Shown: positions 1 to 13,050 of the stretch, piece after piece
How the letters are laid out: every line of letters begins with the position of its first letter
How positions within the stretch are numbered: position 1 is the first letter of the stretch
DNA from: Octopus sinensis
Taxonomy: Eukaryota
DNA length: 64,000 nucleotides
Direction of reading: 5' to 3'
NCBI RefSeq assembly: GCF_006345805.1
Contig: NC_043005.1
Location: 43,524,001 to 43,588,000 of the forward strand
Notes under the pieces: model-generated
Seen by the model: the letters and a program-made list of their open reading frames with translations, nothing else
Databases searched by the model: none
What the model was told of the DNA's origin: nothing
Made by a program: the position numbers and the translations under genes

Positions 1-690
1 ACTGGACCCGGAGGGATTGCAATCCCAGAGGCACAATCAGTGTGTGACCTGGGTATTCACATGAGTGATGACGTGACCTTTCATGTACATGTTGCTAAAC
101 TGGCAATGAAATGTAGACGGCTGGCCGGATGGATTCTTAGAACCTTTAGAACAAGAGAACAAGAAACCATGATGGTCCTCTGGAAGACACTTGTCCTAAG
201 CCACTTTGACTATTGCTCTCAGCTATGGTCACCATCCAGTGTCAAGTTGATCACAGAACTTGAGGCGATCCAACGAAGCTACACAAAGAAGATAGCCTCT
301 GTGCAGCATATAAGCTACTGGGAAAGACTCAAGAGATTAAAGTTCTATTCCCTGGAGCGTAGGCGAGAAAGATATGCCATAATATATATCTGGAAGATCC
401 TGGAAGGACTTGTCCCAAACTTTGGCATCGAGAGTCACACAAATGCCAGAACCGGGCGCCACTGCGTAGTACCAAGGACTCCAAATTTGCCATCAAGATG
501 TAGGACAAGATACGATAGGAGGTGCAGATGAGGGCAGCTGCATCAAACTCTCTCATGCACCAAATGGCAGTTGCTAAAAAGCATTCGTGAGGTAAAATCA
601 TGTAGCAAACCAAATGGCGGTGCCCCAGCATGGCCACAGCTCATTAGCTGAAACTGGAAAAATCAAAAATCAAAATCAAAATCAAAATCA
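1..690 (+). mobile_element. CR1/Jockey-group LINE 3' end (RT C-terminus, 3' UTR, (CAAAAT)n tail)
   Basis: ORF 40-531 (DLGIHM...WILRTF...LDY-like CSQLWSP...YWERLKRL...SLERRRERY) is typical of the post-RT region of CR1-type LINEs. It ends in GGTGCCCCAGCATGGCC plus a short tandem tail and is homologous to 52040-52815. Confidence 0.85.
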
Positions 691-747
691 TATATATATA
701 TATATATATGTATGTATATATATATATATATGTATGTATATATATAT

Positions 748-793
<46 letters not shown>

Positions 794-816
794 ATAATAT
801 ATATATATATACACAG

Positions 817-950
817 CAGGCTTCTTTCAGTTTCCATCTACTAAATCCACTCACAAGGCTTTGATTGGCCTGAGGCAACAATAGAAGACACTTGCCAAAT
901 GTGCTATGCAGTGGGACTGAACCTGGAACCATGTGGTTGAGAAGTATTTT
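817..950 (-). mobile_element. tRNA-derived CORE-type SINE, partial
   Basis: Reverse complement of CCACATGGTTCCAGGTTCAGTCCCACTG...GGCAAGTGTCTTCTA...GTGAGTGGATTT.GTAGATGGAAACTGAAAGAAGCC, a family repeated many times in the window. Confidence 0.75.
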
Positions 951-1282
951 TTGCTTTTATGTCAGGATCAGTATCCTATAAGTACAGTAATCCCTGCCCA
1001 TATTGTGGTTTACCTGTCACAGTTTATTATTTAAGCTTATGTCGATTCCTCCACGGTGTTGCTTTGTATTTATAATAAAATTAAATATATACAAATTACA
1101 AAAATATTTAAAAAAAAATATACAGTACAGTACTGTTTCTACTTAGCAGATTTTCACATAATGTGGGGGGTTTTGGAATGTAACACCCATGGTAGTTGAG
1201 GGATTATTGTACCTTTAAAACACAAATAAACTGATATTTATATTAACACACATATATATGTACGCATACACACATAGATATA

Positions 1283-1510
1283 TATTTCCTTACTACCCAC
1301 AAGAGGCTAAACATAGAGGGGACAAACAAGGACAGACAAAGAGATTAAGTCGATTACATCGACCCCAGTGTGTAACTGGTACTTAATTTATCCACCCCGA
1401 AAGGATGAAAGGCAAAGTCGACCTCAGTGGAATTTGAACTTGGAACGTACCGACAGACGAAATACAGCTACGTATTTCGCCCAGCGTGCTAACGATTCTG
1501 CCAGCTCGCC
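1283..1510 (-). mobile_element. tRNA-derived SINE with Deu/Nin-like core
   Basis: GGCGAGCTGGCAGAATCGTTAGCACGC head, B-box-like GTTCAAATTCC, core GTCGACTTTGCCTTTCATCCTTTCGGGG, tail GTTTAGCC.CTTGTGGG. Confidence 0.85.
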
Positions 1511-1577
1511 AAAATACACACATAGATATAGACACACTGATGCACACATACATGCATAATATATATATGTGGGTATA

Positions 1578-1950
1578 AGGTGATGAGCTGGCTGAATTGT
1601 TAGCATGCCGGGCAAAAAGCTTAGTAGAATTTCATTCATGTTTATGCTCTGAGGTCAAATTCTGCTGAGGTTGATTTTGCTTTCCATCCTTATAGGGGTC
1701 AATAAAAATGAGAACCTATTGAGCACTGGGTGGTTAATGAAATTGACTTAGTGCCTCCCCTGAAGTAGGTGGGCTTGTGACAAAATTTGAAACCAATATA
1801 TTTGAGTGCTGCAAAAGAGACCGATAGAATAAGTACTAGGCTAACAAAGAATAAGTCCTGGAATTGATTTGTTCCACTAAAGGTGGTGCTCGAGCATGGC
1901 CACAGTCAAATGACTGAAACAAGTAAAAGAATAAAAGAAAAAGAAAAAAG
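1578..1950 (+). mobile_element. Deu/Nin-like SINE, diverged, with CR1-like 3' tail
   Basis: Same head and core as 1283-1510, ending in GGTGGTGCTCGAGCATGGCCACAGTCAAATGACTGAAACAAGTAAAAGAATAAAAG. Confidence 0.75.
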
Positions 1951-2009
1951 AATGTATGCATACATATATATATGTTTATAGTCTATACCAAGTTCTACAG
2001 TCTACTTTA

Positions 2010-2311
2010 ACATGATTTTTATGGCTGGTTGCCTTTCTTAACACCAACCACTTTACAGGGTGCGCTGGGTGCTTTTTTATGTAGCATAAATACTAGTGAG
2101 GTCACCAAGTGAGTTGCAAGACAAAGCCTCTCAACTGAATGGGGTTGGAGATAGTATTGTAATGGGTGACTTTGTGTCAGGTACTGAGACATTAAAGTAT
2201 GATGGAGGGACAGATATGGGTATCTCACACTAGAAGAGATATGCCAGTTGAAAAGAGAGCAAATGATAGAGAAAGGAGAGAAGAGATAAAGAGAAAGAGT
2301 GAGAAAGAGAG

Positions 2312-2344
<33 letters not shown>

Positions 2345-2673
2345 CGATGGTGATGAAGATGTGTCAGGGCATGCCCTTAAGTAATGGAGAAGTAAATATG
2401 AAGGAAGTGCTACACAGATTTGGAGAAGGTGAGTGAGAAGGTAAGCTTAGAGATATGTGAAAGAAGAGTGTGAGACAAAGGAGAGGAGAATAAAATGGAT
2501 GGTAAATATGAATGGAGGGAGAGGTGTCAAGAAAGATGAGTTGGGGTGAAGTGGCGGGGTTTCATCAAGACAGAGTGTGTGCAGGGGCATAGACATAAAT
2601 GACATCCCTTTAGGGCCTCATCTTTACTTCGATGGATGGGTCTTCTCAAGCACAGAAAATCACCATCAGTTTT
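2010..2673 (-). mobile_element. RTE-clade LINE 3' UTR (distal piece)
   Basis: Contains the RTE-tail motif also seen at 46.5, 51.0 and 55.1 kb. It joins seamlessly to 3819 when the foldback insert is removed. Confidence 0.65.
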
Positions 2674-3818
2674 GGGATCTTTTCATTTCCAAGGCCTGTT
2701 TTTTCAGATTTTTCCTACTTAACCAAACAATTTGAAACTTTGTATACTGGTAGAATGTGTCAAAAAAAAAACATAATTGTAATACAAGATTGAAAACGGA
2801 ATTGTAATTTCAAAGTTTAACGTTGTTTAATAATAAGAATTTTAACCAATGGTATTCGGTCTTTCGGCTTCATATTATTTACTCCGTCTCAATAGACGTA
2901 AACGGCTATTTTGCTGACGTATTTAACATACGTGAAATGTAAACACCCGGTTACCGTATTCCTTCAGTTTCTATTCACATTTTTTAGAATATATTATTAA
3001 CTAACTTATATATTATATAACTAACTTAGTTTTTGGAAATTTTCGTATATTTTTTGTGATTTTTATTCCTTACTTTATTCGTGTAACTTTTATTTCTGTA
3101 ACTTTTTGTCTTTGGCAATCTTTCGTATGTGTGTGTATGTATGTATGGCCGATTCAGTGTTTACATTATTTTGAGTTAAAACGAAAGATTACCTTTGCTA
3201 TGTAGAAAATAATGAGGTTGACTCAATGGAATAATGACAGTGATCGAAGATATAGACAAAATTTTTTTTGGTAATCTTTCGTTTTAACTTGAAATAATGT
3301 AAACACTGAATCGGCCATACATACATACACACACATACATACACACACACACATACACAGATACATACACACACGCACACACATACATGCATACATACAC
3401 ATACACATACACCGAGTAAAAAATTTCAGTTATCCCTCTCTTTCACACATTACTCTCTCTGTCTCTTCACACACACTAACAGAAGTACTTCACTTACACA
3501 ACATACTTTCTGTCTCCCACACCCCATCAAACACACGCACACAAAACACAGACCTACGCACAGCTGTCTACATCACAAAATAGCTTTCTACGTCACACTA
3601 AGATAATGCAGTTAATTATTTCAAATGAAAACAAACAATACGATTGGTTAAAATTCGCAGATTTAATCTACCCTTAAAGTTATAAAATACATTTTTCTCA
3701 AATAAACAAGTTGAAACTAGTGTTTTCTTTTGAGACACTCTACCAGTATACGAAGTTTCAAATTATTTAGTTAACTAGAAAAATCTGACAAAACAGGCCT
3801 TGGAAATGAAAAGATCCC
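2674..3818. mobile_element. Non-autonomous foldback/MITE-like DNA element
   Basis: ~85-90 bp terminal inverted repeats (GGGATCTTTTCATTTCCAAGGCCTGTTTT...TATACTGGTAGA / TCTACCAGTATA...AAAACAGGCCTTGGAAATGAAAAGATCCC), flanked by the direct repeat AGTTTT. It interrupts an RTE. Confidence 0.85.
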
Positions 3819-5040
3819 AGTTTTGTCCTTTGTCATCTCTATGGAGCTCAACATCTGGAGGTCATTTTCATTACTTCATCCCATGTCTTATGGGTTTCTT
3901 TCTTCCACTAGTTCCATCCATATTTAGCAATCAGCACTTCTTTATGCAGCTATCTTCATTCATATGCATCATATGACCATACAAGCACTGACTTCTCTCT
4001 TGCACTCTACATCAGATCCCTGTTATGCCCAATTTTTCTTGTACACTGATGCTGCACATCTGGTGGAGCAAACAAGCTTTGTTTCTTCCAGCCCTTCACA
4101 TTTCTTCTTCATTTACAGCCCATGTTTCATTCACTAATATGTTGCATACACAAGCATCATGCAATCTGTCTATTACTCTGGAGACCTTTTATTACCCACA
4201 GAAATAGAAGCTGTCTATCCAATTCTTATTCTGGCAACTATGCTTTCAGAACATCCTTTTCTACTGCTAATTAGATGACCTTAGTAACACAAAACTACTA
4301 CCACTAAGGATCCTCTAGGGGTATTCAAGGAAATCTATTTCTTGCATGCTTTTAGTGTTCATTGTTCCCGTGCATCTGCAACACAGTCAATTTTTTACTG
4401 TTTCCTTGCTGCAACTGTGACAACATCCACAGTTTACGGTGGGTCCACTATATGGAAATTCTACCAACTCCTTTTCTACATATCAAGCAGAGCTATTTTT
4501 CTGAAAGGGATTTGTGGTTTGACTGTTTTCTTGCTCACCATAACTTTGGTCTTTGCTAAATTATCTCTTTAAGGTCCTTTGATTTCAAGTTTTGTTTCCA
4601 TCCCAGGAATTTCTTCACTAATTCCTACGATGGCTTAAGCTATAAGAACACAGTCATAAGCATAGAGAAGCTTCCATGGGCAATTAATCTTAAATTCTGT
4701 TTTAGCCTAGGATACTAAGACAAATAAGAACCAAACTCTGGTGAACTCCTGCCTGCACACTCCTTTCGTTACTATATTTATTACTAACTCCCACTTTACT
4801 GGCAGCCCCTCTCTCCATGGCTTGGATGGCTCTCATCAGCCATTCCTCTATCCTTAGCTTCAGCAATGATCACTAGATGAATGAGTGTGGAACCCTGTCA
4901 AAGACTTTCTCCGTGCTAACAAATGCCAAGTACAGTGGTTTACATTTGACTCTCAATTTTGGTCAACTTGCACCGCAGGGTCTCGGAGGAGATAGTGTTA
5001 GTTGAAGGCTACCAAACCTGCTACACACAGAGAACTTCAC
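3819..5040 (-). mobile_element. RTE-clade LINE, degenerate RT and C-terminus
   Basis: Minus-strand translation gives EKVFDRVPHS...EEWLMRAIQAM...VQAGVHQ and LYGHMMHMNEDSCIKKC, with many stops and frameshifts. Confidence 0.8.
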
Positions 5041-5474
5041 CTTTATATATATATATATATACATACATACATACAAACATACATACATACATACATACAT
5101 ACATACATACATACATACATACATACATACACATATATATGTGCATGTCTGTATGCATTTATGTATGTATGTATGTATGTACGTATATACATGTGTATCT
5201 ATGATGTAAACTATTTTTCAGTATATGCAACATTGTTCATAGATATGCATTTAATATGAATTTTCAGAGTTTAATGCAATGTAATATATTGAGTTCTAAT
5301 ATTTCTAGTTATTTGTCATGCTTAAGTACCATATCATAAACTTGTACACGCATACACACACACACACACTTAGGCATTGCTATACTAATAATGAGTTGGC
5401 AGAATTCAATATACTTATGATTCTGAGTGAAACATCAGGTGAGAAGCAAGTGTAATACCAATTATACATGCATA

Positions 5475-5522
<48 letters not shown>

Positions 5523-5620
5523 GTCTGTCTGTTTGTCCATCTTTCTCTCTCTTTCTATATATATATATATATACACACACATAAATATATACATATACAT
5601 GTGTGTATGTGTATACTTAC

Positions 5621-5651
<31 letters not shown>

Positions 5652-6135
5652 TGTATGTATGTATGTATGTATGTATGTATGCATTCAAAATGAAATACAA
5701 TCCGTTTTTATTAATCATAAAATTTTTTTTTTTCACTAAAGAAAATAATAAAGGTAACTGGAAAAATCTTTTGCTTTAACTACTGATGCAAATATTTAGT
5801 CAAAGTAAAAACGATATCTGATAAATCAGTCTTTAATTAATTTAAATTTCATTATATAAGTATATTTTAATTGTTAGTTTCTTCATTTCTTATATGTAGG
5901 AGAAAAGCATATGAAAATTATTTTCTTTATTTTTCCTTTCTGCTTCCTCTCAAAAATATCATTTATAAGAATATGCCTCAAGATGGGATATTGTTTATGT
6001 ACTTGATATAAACATGTCTAATGATGGAATTTTTCTGTGATACTCTCTAATTCAAATTTGAACCCTGTTGTTTGAAAGAGAATCTTTTCTGTCATTTCAT
6101 TTTACTTGTTTCAAGCATATATATATATATATATG

Positions 6136-6258
6136 GAGGTGTCATGGCCAAGTGGTTAGGGCAGTGGACTTATGGTTGTAGGATTGCAGTTTCAATTCCC
6201 AGACCAGCCATTGTGAGTGTTTATTAAGTGAAAACACCTAAAGCTCCATGAGGCTCCA
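6136..6258 (+). mobile_element. tRNA-derived SINE 5' portion (family also at 40895-41245)
   Basis: ATGGCCAAGTGGTTAGGGCAGTGGACT...GTTTCAATTCCCAGACC...TTGTGAGTGTTTATT.AG.GAAAACACCTAAAGCTCC. Confidence 0.75.
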
Positions 6259-7560
6259 ACAAGAAGGTCCTTTTTAAACAAGGACAACGCTTCACAGTAA
6301 AACACAACTTCACATGCGCATCAGAAAACCTAGTATATGTCTTAACTTGCTCGGGCTGTAATGAACACTACATAGGCCAAACTAAAAATAGCCTCCGCCA
6401 ACGCATGACTGTCCACAGATCCCAAATAAAAATACAGGAATACAGAAAAATAGCACTTAGTGCACATATTGATACCTGTGCCGCACAACTTCATCCCAAT
6501 TTTAGAATCTTTCCCCTCTACAAATTTAAAGACAATGCCACTCATACCCAGCGAATAACTATGGAATCCCACCTTATTAATAAATACAGACCACTTCTAA
6601 ACACATCCCCCTAACATGAACCCACAACAAACACACTTACACCTGCACACACCCTACACACACTTTTACCCAGATATTAACACCATGACACACCCAAATA
6701 TATGGTTCCACACATACACATAATTTGATACGGGTGCAAAACATCCAACACTATTTTTTGGAAATGACTGTAAATATTGACCTCACACAAACACGTTGCT
6801 TCCCGATACAGGCACAAGGCCAGCAGAACTATAAATATTGAAAATTGTACCCACACACGCACACATATATACACGCGCGCGCGCCCCAACATACATATAA
6901 ACACACATACACACACACGCGTGAGCGCACACATACATACATATAGCTCTTCCTGTCCTAAACGAACTTACTTATCCAGCTCAAATTCAGTCAAGCGGAA
7001 AATACACTCCTTAACTATGCGCTAAAAAGCTATTTAAAATATCCACATGACGTCTACTGACCAGCCTGAACAATAAGAATTTTTAACAATGATATTTTCG
7101 AAAACTCCATACACCACCCCACCAACATTCATTCTAAACATTCACGTGACCTCTCTATTATGACCACATCCACGTGACCTCTTTATTATGACCAATAAGA
7201 AATTTTAGGCGCAACACTAGCCAAATTTTAACATCTCTGGAGCCTATTTTCTTACCCCAACACCAACTTCCATTCAAACATTCATGTGACCCCTTTATAA
7301 TGACCAATCAAAATTGTATTGACCATTGTCCACAAGAAATTTTAGGCGCGAAACCAAGCAAATCTTAAACAACTCTGGAGCCTCTTTTTTCACATATAAG
7401 AGACAACAAACCCAACATAAAGTCAGATAAGAGAAAAAAATCTATCAGAAAGGAACTCTATCTCTCTTAAAATATATCTTTTGATAAGCATAACAAATGC
7501 GCAACCGGTAAAGAACTTTCACCTAATTAAATACACTCTCCCTTACTTAAATTATTTTGT
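6255..7560 (+). mobile_element. Penelope-like element 3' fragment (GIY-YIG endonuclease plus 3' UTR/pLTR)
   Basis: Open frame 6255-6614: FKQGQRFTVKHNFTCASENLVYVLTCSGCNEHYIGQTKNSLRQRMTVHR...ESHLINKYRPLLN. It is homologous to the GIY-YIG segments at 58.3-58.6 and 61.0-61.4 kb. The 3' boundary is approximate. Confidence 0.85.
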
Positions 7561-8708
7561 CAGCATTTTCTTCATTTCCTTTTTTTATATATCACAACTC
7601 ATGTTCCACATCACTTTTTTAAATATATATATATATATATATATATATGAGACAGGGTATCACACTGTTTCCATTCTCCAAATTCACTTGCAAGGCATTA
7701 ATTGGCCAGGAGCTATAGTTGCAGACACTTGCCTAAGGTGACATGTTTTGCTGCTTGTTTATCATGCAGTAGGCATCCTCAGGTATCTCAATCCAGTTTT
7801 TCTTTTAAGGTTTCTTGCAATTTATTATGTATTTACTGATATTTTATATATCTTTCTAAGTTGTCTTAAGACTGAACCCTCTCCTTATCATTTTCCTCCG
7901 TCCCCTCTATATCACTTTTTCTTTTTGCTTTGCATGAAGCTTTGGCACTTGCTACCCTCTCTCTCTTCCCTACCTGTCTTTATCTAAGTCATTCTCCACA
8001 TCTTAGATCTCTGATGCTCTCATATCACTTCTCTCTTTTGGTTCCCCTTCTCTCTCTCTCTGCAGCACTCTTTTACTGCAATTCCTTTGCCATTTACTTC
8101 CTACAACATAACTTCCTCATGCTCTAACAAAGGACAGATGTCCAGAACGTCAGATTCCTGACTGAACTTGCCTGTCAAACTCTTCTATAGACTAAGTGTT
8201 GCTGCCAAAGACTCGTTGCTTTGTTTCCTGGATTTTATTCGCCAAAGGACAGAGTCATGTATACCATGCTCTTAACATGCAACTAAAAATGTCAGTTTTA
8301 CTCTTGTCATCCTCTAAATACTTTTACCTATTCATGTCTAGAACGCCGCCTATCTGAATTTCTTTTTCCAGCTATGTTTTTCTCACAGGCATTAACATGA
8401 AGATGGTCAAAACAAACCATAGGAACCTCAATGTTACAAGTCTTCTCTCTGCAATAAATTTCAAAAAGAGAGTCTCTAAAGGAACCTTTGTTTTATCACT
8501 TGGCCAACAACAAGTGGTAATCAGATGTCTCTCATACTCCCCTACATTTTTTCCATGATTTTGTCAGATGAAAATGAGTGACACTCATGACCATATTTAG
8601 GGCCCTTAAGACTAGTGGGGTGGGGGAATTATTTTCACCTCAGACACCTGAAGCTGAGTGTACTCTGTTAAAAGGCAGATGGTGGCATTAAGCTTGATGA
8701 CAAATTAT

Positions 8709-8872
8709 CATATTTTAACATGTATAAGGAACCCATTTTTGTCTCAAATTAGGTTTAAAGAATATGGGAGTTTCTTATACATGGATAGTTTTATAGATAT
8801 TAATCAATTACTTAATTCCTTGAACCTCAAATCTCCAAATTAGGTGGTTCCTTATACACATTAAAATACAGT
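8709..8872. mobile_element. Small Tc1/pogo-like MITE
   Basis: Imperfect inverted ends CATATTTTAACATGTATAAGGAACC / GGTTCCTTATACACATTAAAATACAG. Confidence 0.5.
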
Positions 8873-10058
8873 AACTTTAAAACAAAAAGAAAGGCAACCA
8901 AAGGCCAGGTGGTGGCATTAAACTGGATGACAAATTAGCTCTAAAACAAAAGCAGAGGAAATGGGTAATGTAAATGTAGAAGTTCGTAAAAAAACAATAA
9001 TTTACCAAAAGCAATCCCTAAAGTCATTTTTACCTTGTTTTAGCTGTCTTTCATATCAATCGTGGTTACCATGGTGAATTGAAATTACTTTTCGTCCAGT
9101 CCTTGACTTCATGCTGCAATAAGTTTGATGGTAGTTTATTGCCTCAGTGAAGAGGTCAGAAATCATCTTGAGTGGATGGATAACAGAGATATATTGAAGG
9201 TTTTTCTAAGAAGCCTATGATTTACATTTTGTTTCAAGAACATTAAATCATTGTTTAGATAACAGGTGCATTAAGTGGTGTTTTATGATTCTGCTATATC
9301 TGTGTAGTTTGCAATGACTGCTGCTACTGCTGCTGTTGCTGTTGCAGCTGATTATGATGATGATGATGATGACGATGGTATTGCAGAAATGTACGATGAA
9401 AATGCTTATTGTTAATATACGTGGGAAATGTTATTTGATGTTTGTAAATCAGTGTGTATAATATATAAGCGATACAGTAAGGTCACTATTGCAGTTATTG
9501 ATGCTGCTAATTGTTTTCTATAATACTTACAATAGTTTTCAATTGGATTTTTGAGGTCTAAGGTGGTTATAAAAGGATTGCTGGTTCTCTCTGTTTCACT
9601 GCTATTGTTATTATAACTGTAGTTAGTGTCGGTGGTAAGCAGTGATTCATATTGAGAGATACTTGCCATTTAAAAAAAAGAAAAAAATCTTTATTTTGTT
9701 TATTAATTAAGATCTCCAACAGAACATATATGAAATAGATTCATGCTATACTATTATTCTATTGTTCTAGAAAAGTCTTGTCTTCACTGATTTTTCTCTA
9801 GCTATATAACACTTGAGATTTATTATTTGATATATTTGATTTTCACTGCTTTGTTCTTCTGCTCCATTTCTCTGTGCTTGTCACAAAAATTCATGATTGT
9901 TTTCAAGTGCACTCAAACTATCTGAGAAGCATCACAAGTTTTCGTCTAATTAAAATAAGTTACTCATTGATTTTTACAAAAATTCTTCCTAATTATTGAT
10001 ATTGCTTTATTCCTTTTGCTTAACTTTAAACTGTTGTTGCTGCTACTGTTATATCAGC

Positions 10059-10095
<37 letters not shown>

Positions 10096-10433
10096 TATTA
10101 TTATTAGTAGTAGTAGTAGTAGTAGTACTAGTAGTAGTAGTAGTAGTAGTAGTTGCTGCTTTATTTATTTTTTTCTTTTTACCATGGTTGTAATGGCAGA
10201 TCTTGCTGCTGCAGCTACGGTCGTTATCCCTAATGCTATTTTTTTTTTGTGTGTGTGTTTTGTTGCCAGTCTTTTTTTTTTGATTTTTATATGTATATGT
10301 GTGTGAAATATTAGTTATAGTTGTTGTTATTGTTAATGATGATGACGTTGATGATGGTAGAAAGTAGCCAGTCAGACCACAGTAACCTTTCTTGTAAAAT
10401 AACTAAACACTCACACACATATATATATGTATA

Positions 10434-10479
<46 letters not shown>

Positions 10480-10551
10480 CACACACACACACATATATAT
10501 ATATGTGTGTGTGTGCATGTGTGTGTATGCATGCATGTATATATGTGTGTA

Positions 10552-10592
<41 letters not shown>

Positions 10593-11063
10593 ACCACAAA
10601 AGCTTATGAATAAAAAGAAAGCATACTTGAAGAAAGAAAGAGCTAATAAAGAACTGCAACAACAACTAAATATGTTACTGCTACTGTTACTACTATTGCT
10701 GCTGCTATTACTTCTACTTTACTTCCATCCCCACCATTTGCAAAGTTAATCCAAGATTTGAAGCAAAACTTTGACTACCACTTCACAAAGTCATTATTTA
10801 TTTTTGCTTGTGTTTTCATATTGTTATTTTCTTGTTTATTTTCCTCCCCTCTCCTTGATAATTGCCAAGTGGAGAATGCAAACTTGCTGAGCAGTTCTAA
10901 CAATACTCTTCTAGCCAAGATTACTGGAAAAGAGAAAAGAAAAAAAAAAAAAAGAAGGAACTTGATAAAAAAAAAGGAATAAAGTTGAAAAATATAAAAA
11001 AATATGTTCAAAAGAATAGAAACAACTAGCTAGGAATTAATAATAATAATAATAATAATAATG

Positions 11064-11102
<39 letters not shown>

Positions 11103-12049
11103 TAATAATAATAATATTCTTATTAGTCACAAGGGCTTCAAGAAATATAAAAAATTATGAAACTTTCACTAAGGGTTACAAAGAAAGGAAAAATGAACTG
11201 AAAATCAAGTTCACAAATACAAAACTGAGGAATAGAGATGTTATACAATGTATGGATGAATGTACTGAGATTTAAAAATCACATAACTTTGCACAGAAAT
11301 AAGCAAAATTTGGGTAAAAGATAAAATTAAAAGGAAGTAATACATGGAATATTACTGGTTGGGTTGGATTATAGAACTCCATGATCCTTCATGATTCACT
11401 AGCCCTTTCTCAAATAGGGCACAAGTGCAACCAAAAGCTCCAGTAAGCATTTTTTGAGACATTTGGTATGGAAAAATTCTGTTCTTTTCAGAGTATGCTC
11501 TTTTAAGTTAATTGTAATGTCTTAGTTTTATTTTTATTTATCTATCTTTTGCATGTTGTTTATATTCTGAAACTAACTTTTTCTTCTCATTCTAACTTCT
11601 TTGGAAAGTTTGTGGCATCACAGATGTGTAATTTGTTTCTGTTAATTGTCTGCCTAATTTTTGAAGAGCAGTAAATCTTAGTTCGTATTCAACCTCTTCA
11701 TTTTCCTTGTTATTTTTCTGTGGAGTGGCATCATTGTTGCTTTGAAGACATTGTTTCTTTTCATTCATTTAACTTGTTTTATCTCAAACCTTCATTATTT
11801 CAGACTTATATTTTTTCCTTCCATGATTTTACTGAAAATTTGTACATTTTCATTTGAAGCTATCATTCCTTCTCAATGACACGATGATGGTGTGGTATTA
11901 CTAGTAAGTACTGTAAGGGCACAAGATTTTGTCTGGGCATAAAGCAATTTATCTTGCCATCTCCAAGGGTTTGGTCATGGGGGTCTGATACCTAAGGTCT
12001 GTTGTCTTTTTGCTATTACACTTGATGATAATTTTTACCTATTCTTTTA

Positions 12050-12245
12050 TTCTTTTGCTTGTTTTCAGTCATTTGACTGTGGCTATGCTGGAACACCATC
12101 TTGAATGGTTTTAGTTGAACAAATTGAACCTAGGCCTTATTTTTTTAAAGCCTAGTACTGATTCTATTGGTCCCTTTTGCATAAACAAACCCGCATCGGT
12201 TGTCAAGTGGTGATGAGAGGACAAACACAGACACAAAGGCACACA
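12050..12245 (-). mobile_element. SINE with CR1-like stem-loop tail
   Basis: Reverse complement of CCAGCATAGCCACAGTCAAATGACTGAAAAC tail. The same family occurs at 24470-24660 and 61940-62160. Confidence 0.65.
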
Positions 12246-12269
12246 CACACACATAAATATATATATACA

Positions 12270-12425
12270 TAACAAGCTTCTTTCAGTTTCCATCTACCAA
12301 ATCCACTCACAAGGCTTTGGTTAGCCCAAGGCTAAAGTGTCTTCTATTATTGTCAAGCATGGGACAAAATCCAGGACCATGTGGTTGAGAAGCAAGTTTC
12401 TTACTACACAGCCATGCCTACACCT
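12270..12425 (-). mobile_element. CORE-type SINE
   Basis: Same family as 817-950. Confidence 0.7.
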
Positions 12426-12829
12426 ATTCATTTTTGTTGCTTTGAGGTGATTTTTACTATGATTTTTACAAGGTGATTTTTACTAGGCAGGATTTCTCTC
12501 TTGCATCATTAACCTCATGTCCTTTGTTTAAGCACCTTTGACTGGACACAGTTCTGTATGGTCTTTGACCTTCAAGGGTCATTTGGACTTGCAAATCCAT
12601 TTAGACACCACTGACTATAGGCCTTGCTTTGTTCACTCACCAACATGTGATACATAAATGATTATTAGCCATGAATTTACATTGTTTTCAGTGTCTTTTG
12701 TCATCATCATTCTTGTATTTCTTTGACCCATGTCCTGGGGCAGTTGATGGTTTGTCTGTCAACTTCAGCCTGTGTTTTGGCTGAATCTTCAGTTTTCAAA
12801 AAACAGCATTTAGTGCTATAACTTTTGCT

Positions 12830-13002
12830 TTTTTTCAATCAAAAAAATTTACCCACTACACTCATGGAGTGGTTGGTGTTAGGAAGGGCATCCAGCTGTA
12901 GAAACACTGCCAGATCAGACTGGAACCTGGTGCAGCCTCCTGGCTTCCCAGACTCCAGTCAAACCGTCCAACCCATGCTAGCATGGAAAACGGATGTTAA
13001 AC

Positions 13003-13042
<40 letters not shown>

Positions 13043-13050
13043 GTGATGAT
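12830..13050 (+). mobile_element. RTE-type 3' end with (GAT)n tail
   Basis: GGTTGGTGTTAGGAAGGGCATCCAGCTGTAGAAAC...CCAACCCATGCTAGCATGGAAAACGGATGTTAAAC(GAT)n. Confidence 0.8.

Noticed and set aside
9412-10925. Minus-strand ORF 9412-9669 and acceptor at ~10925 as exons
   Set aside because: Each has one good splice site, but the partner sites are weak and the peptides are low-complexity, so support is insufficient.
11350-12800. Possible decayed second Tx1 ORF1 on the minus strand
   Set aside because: Only a faint EGQRP...KGH similarity is visible, and it is too degraded and interrupted by SINEs to delimit.
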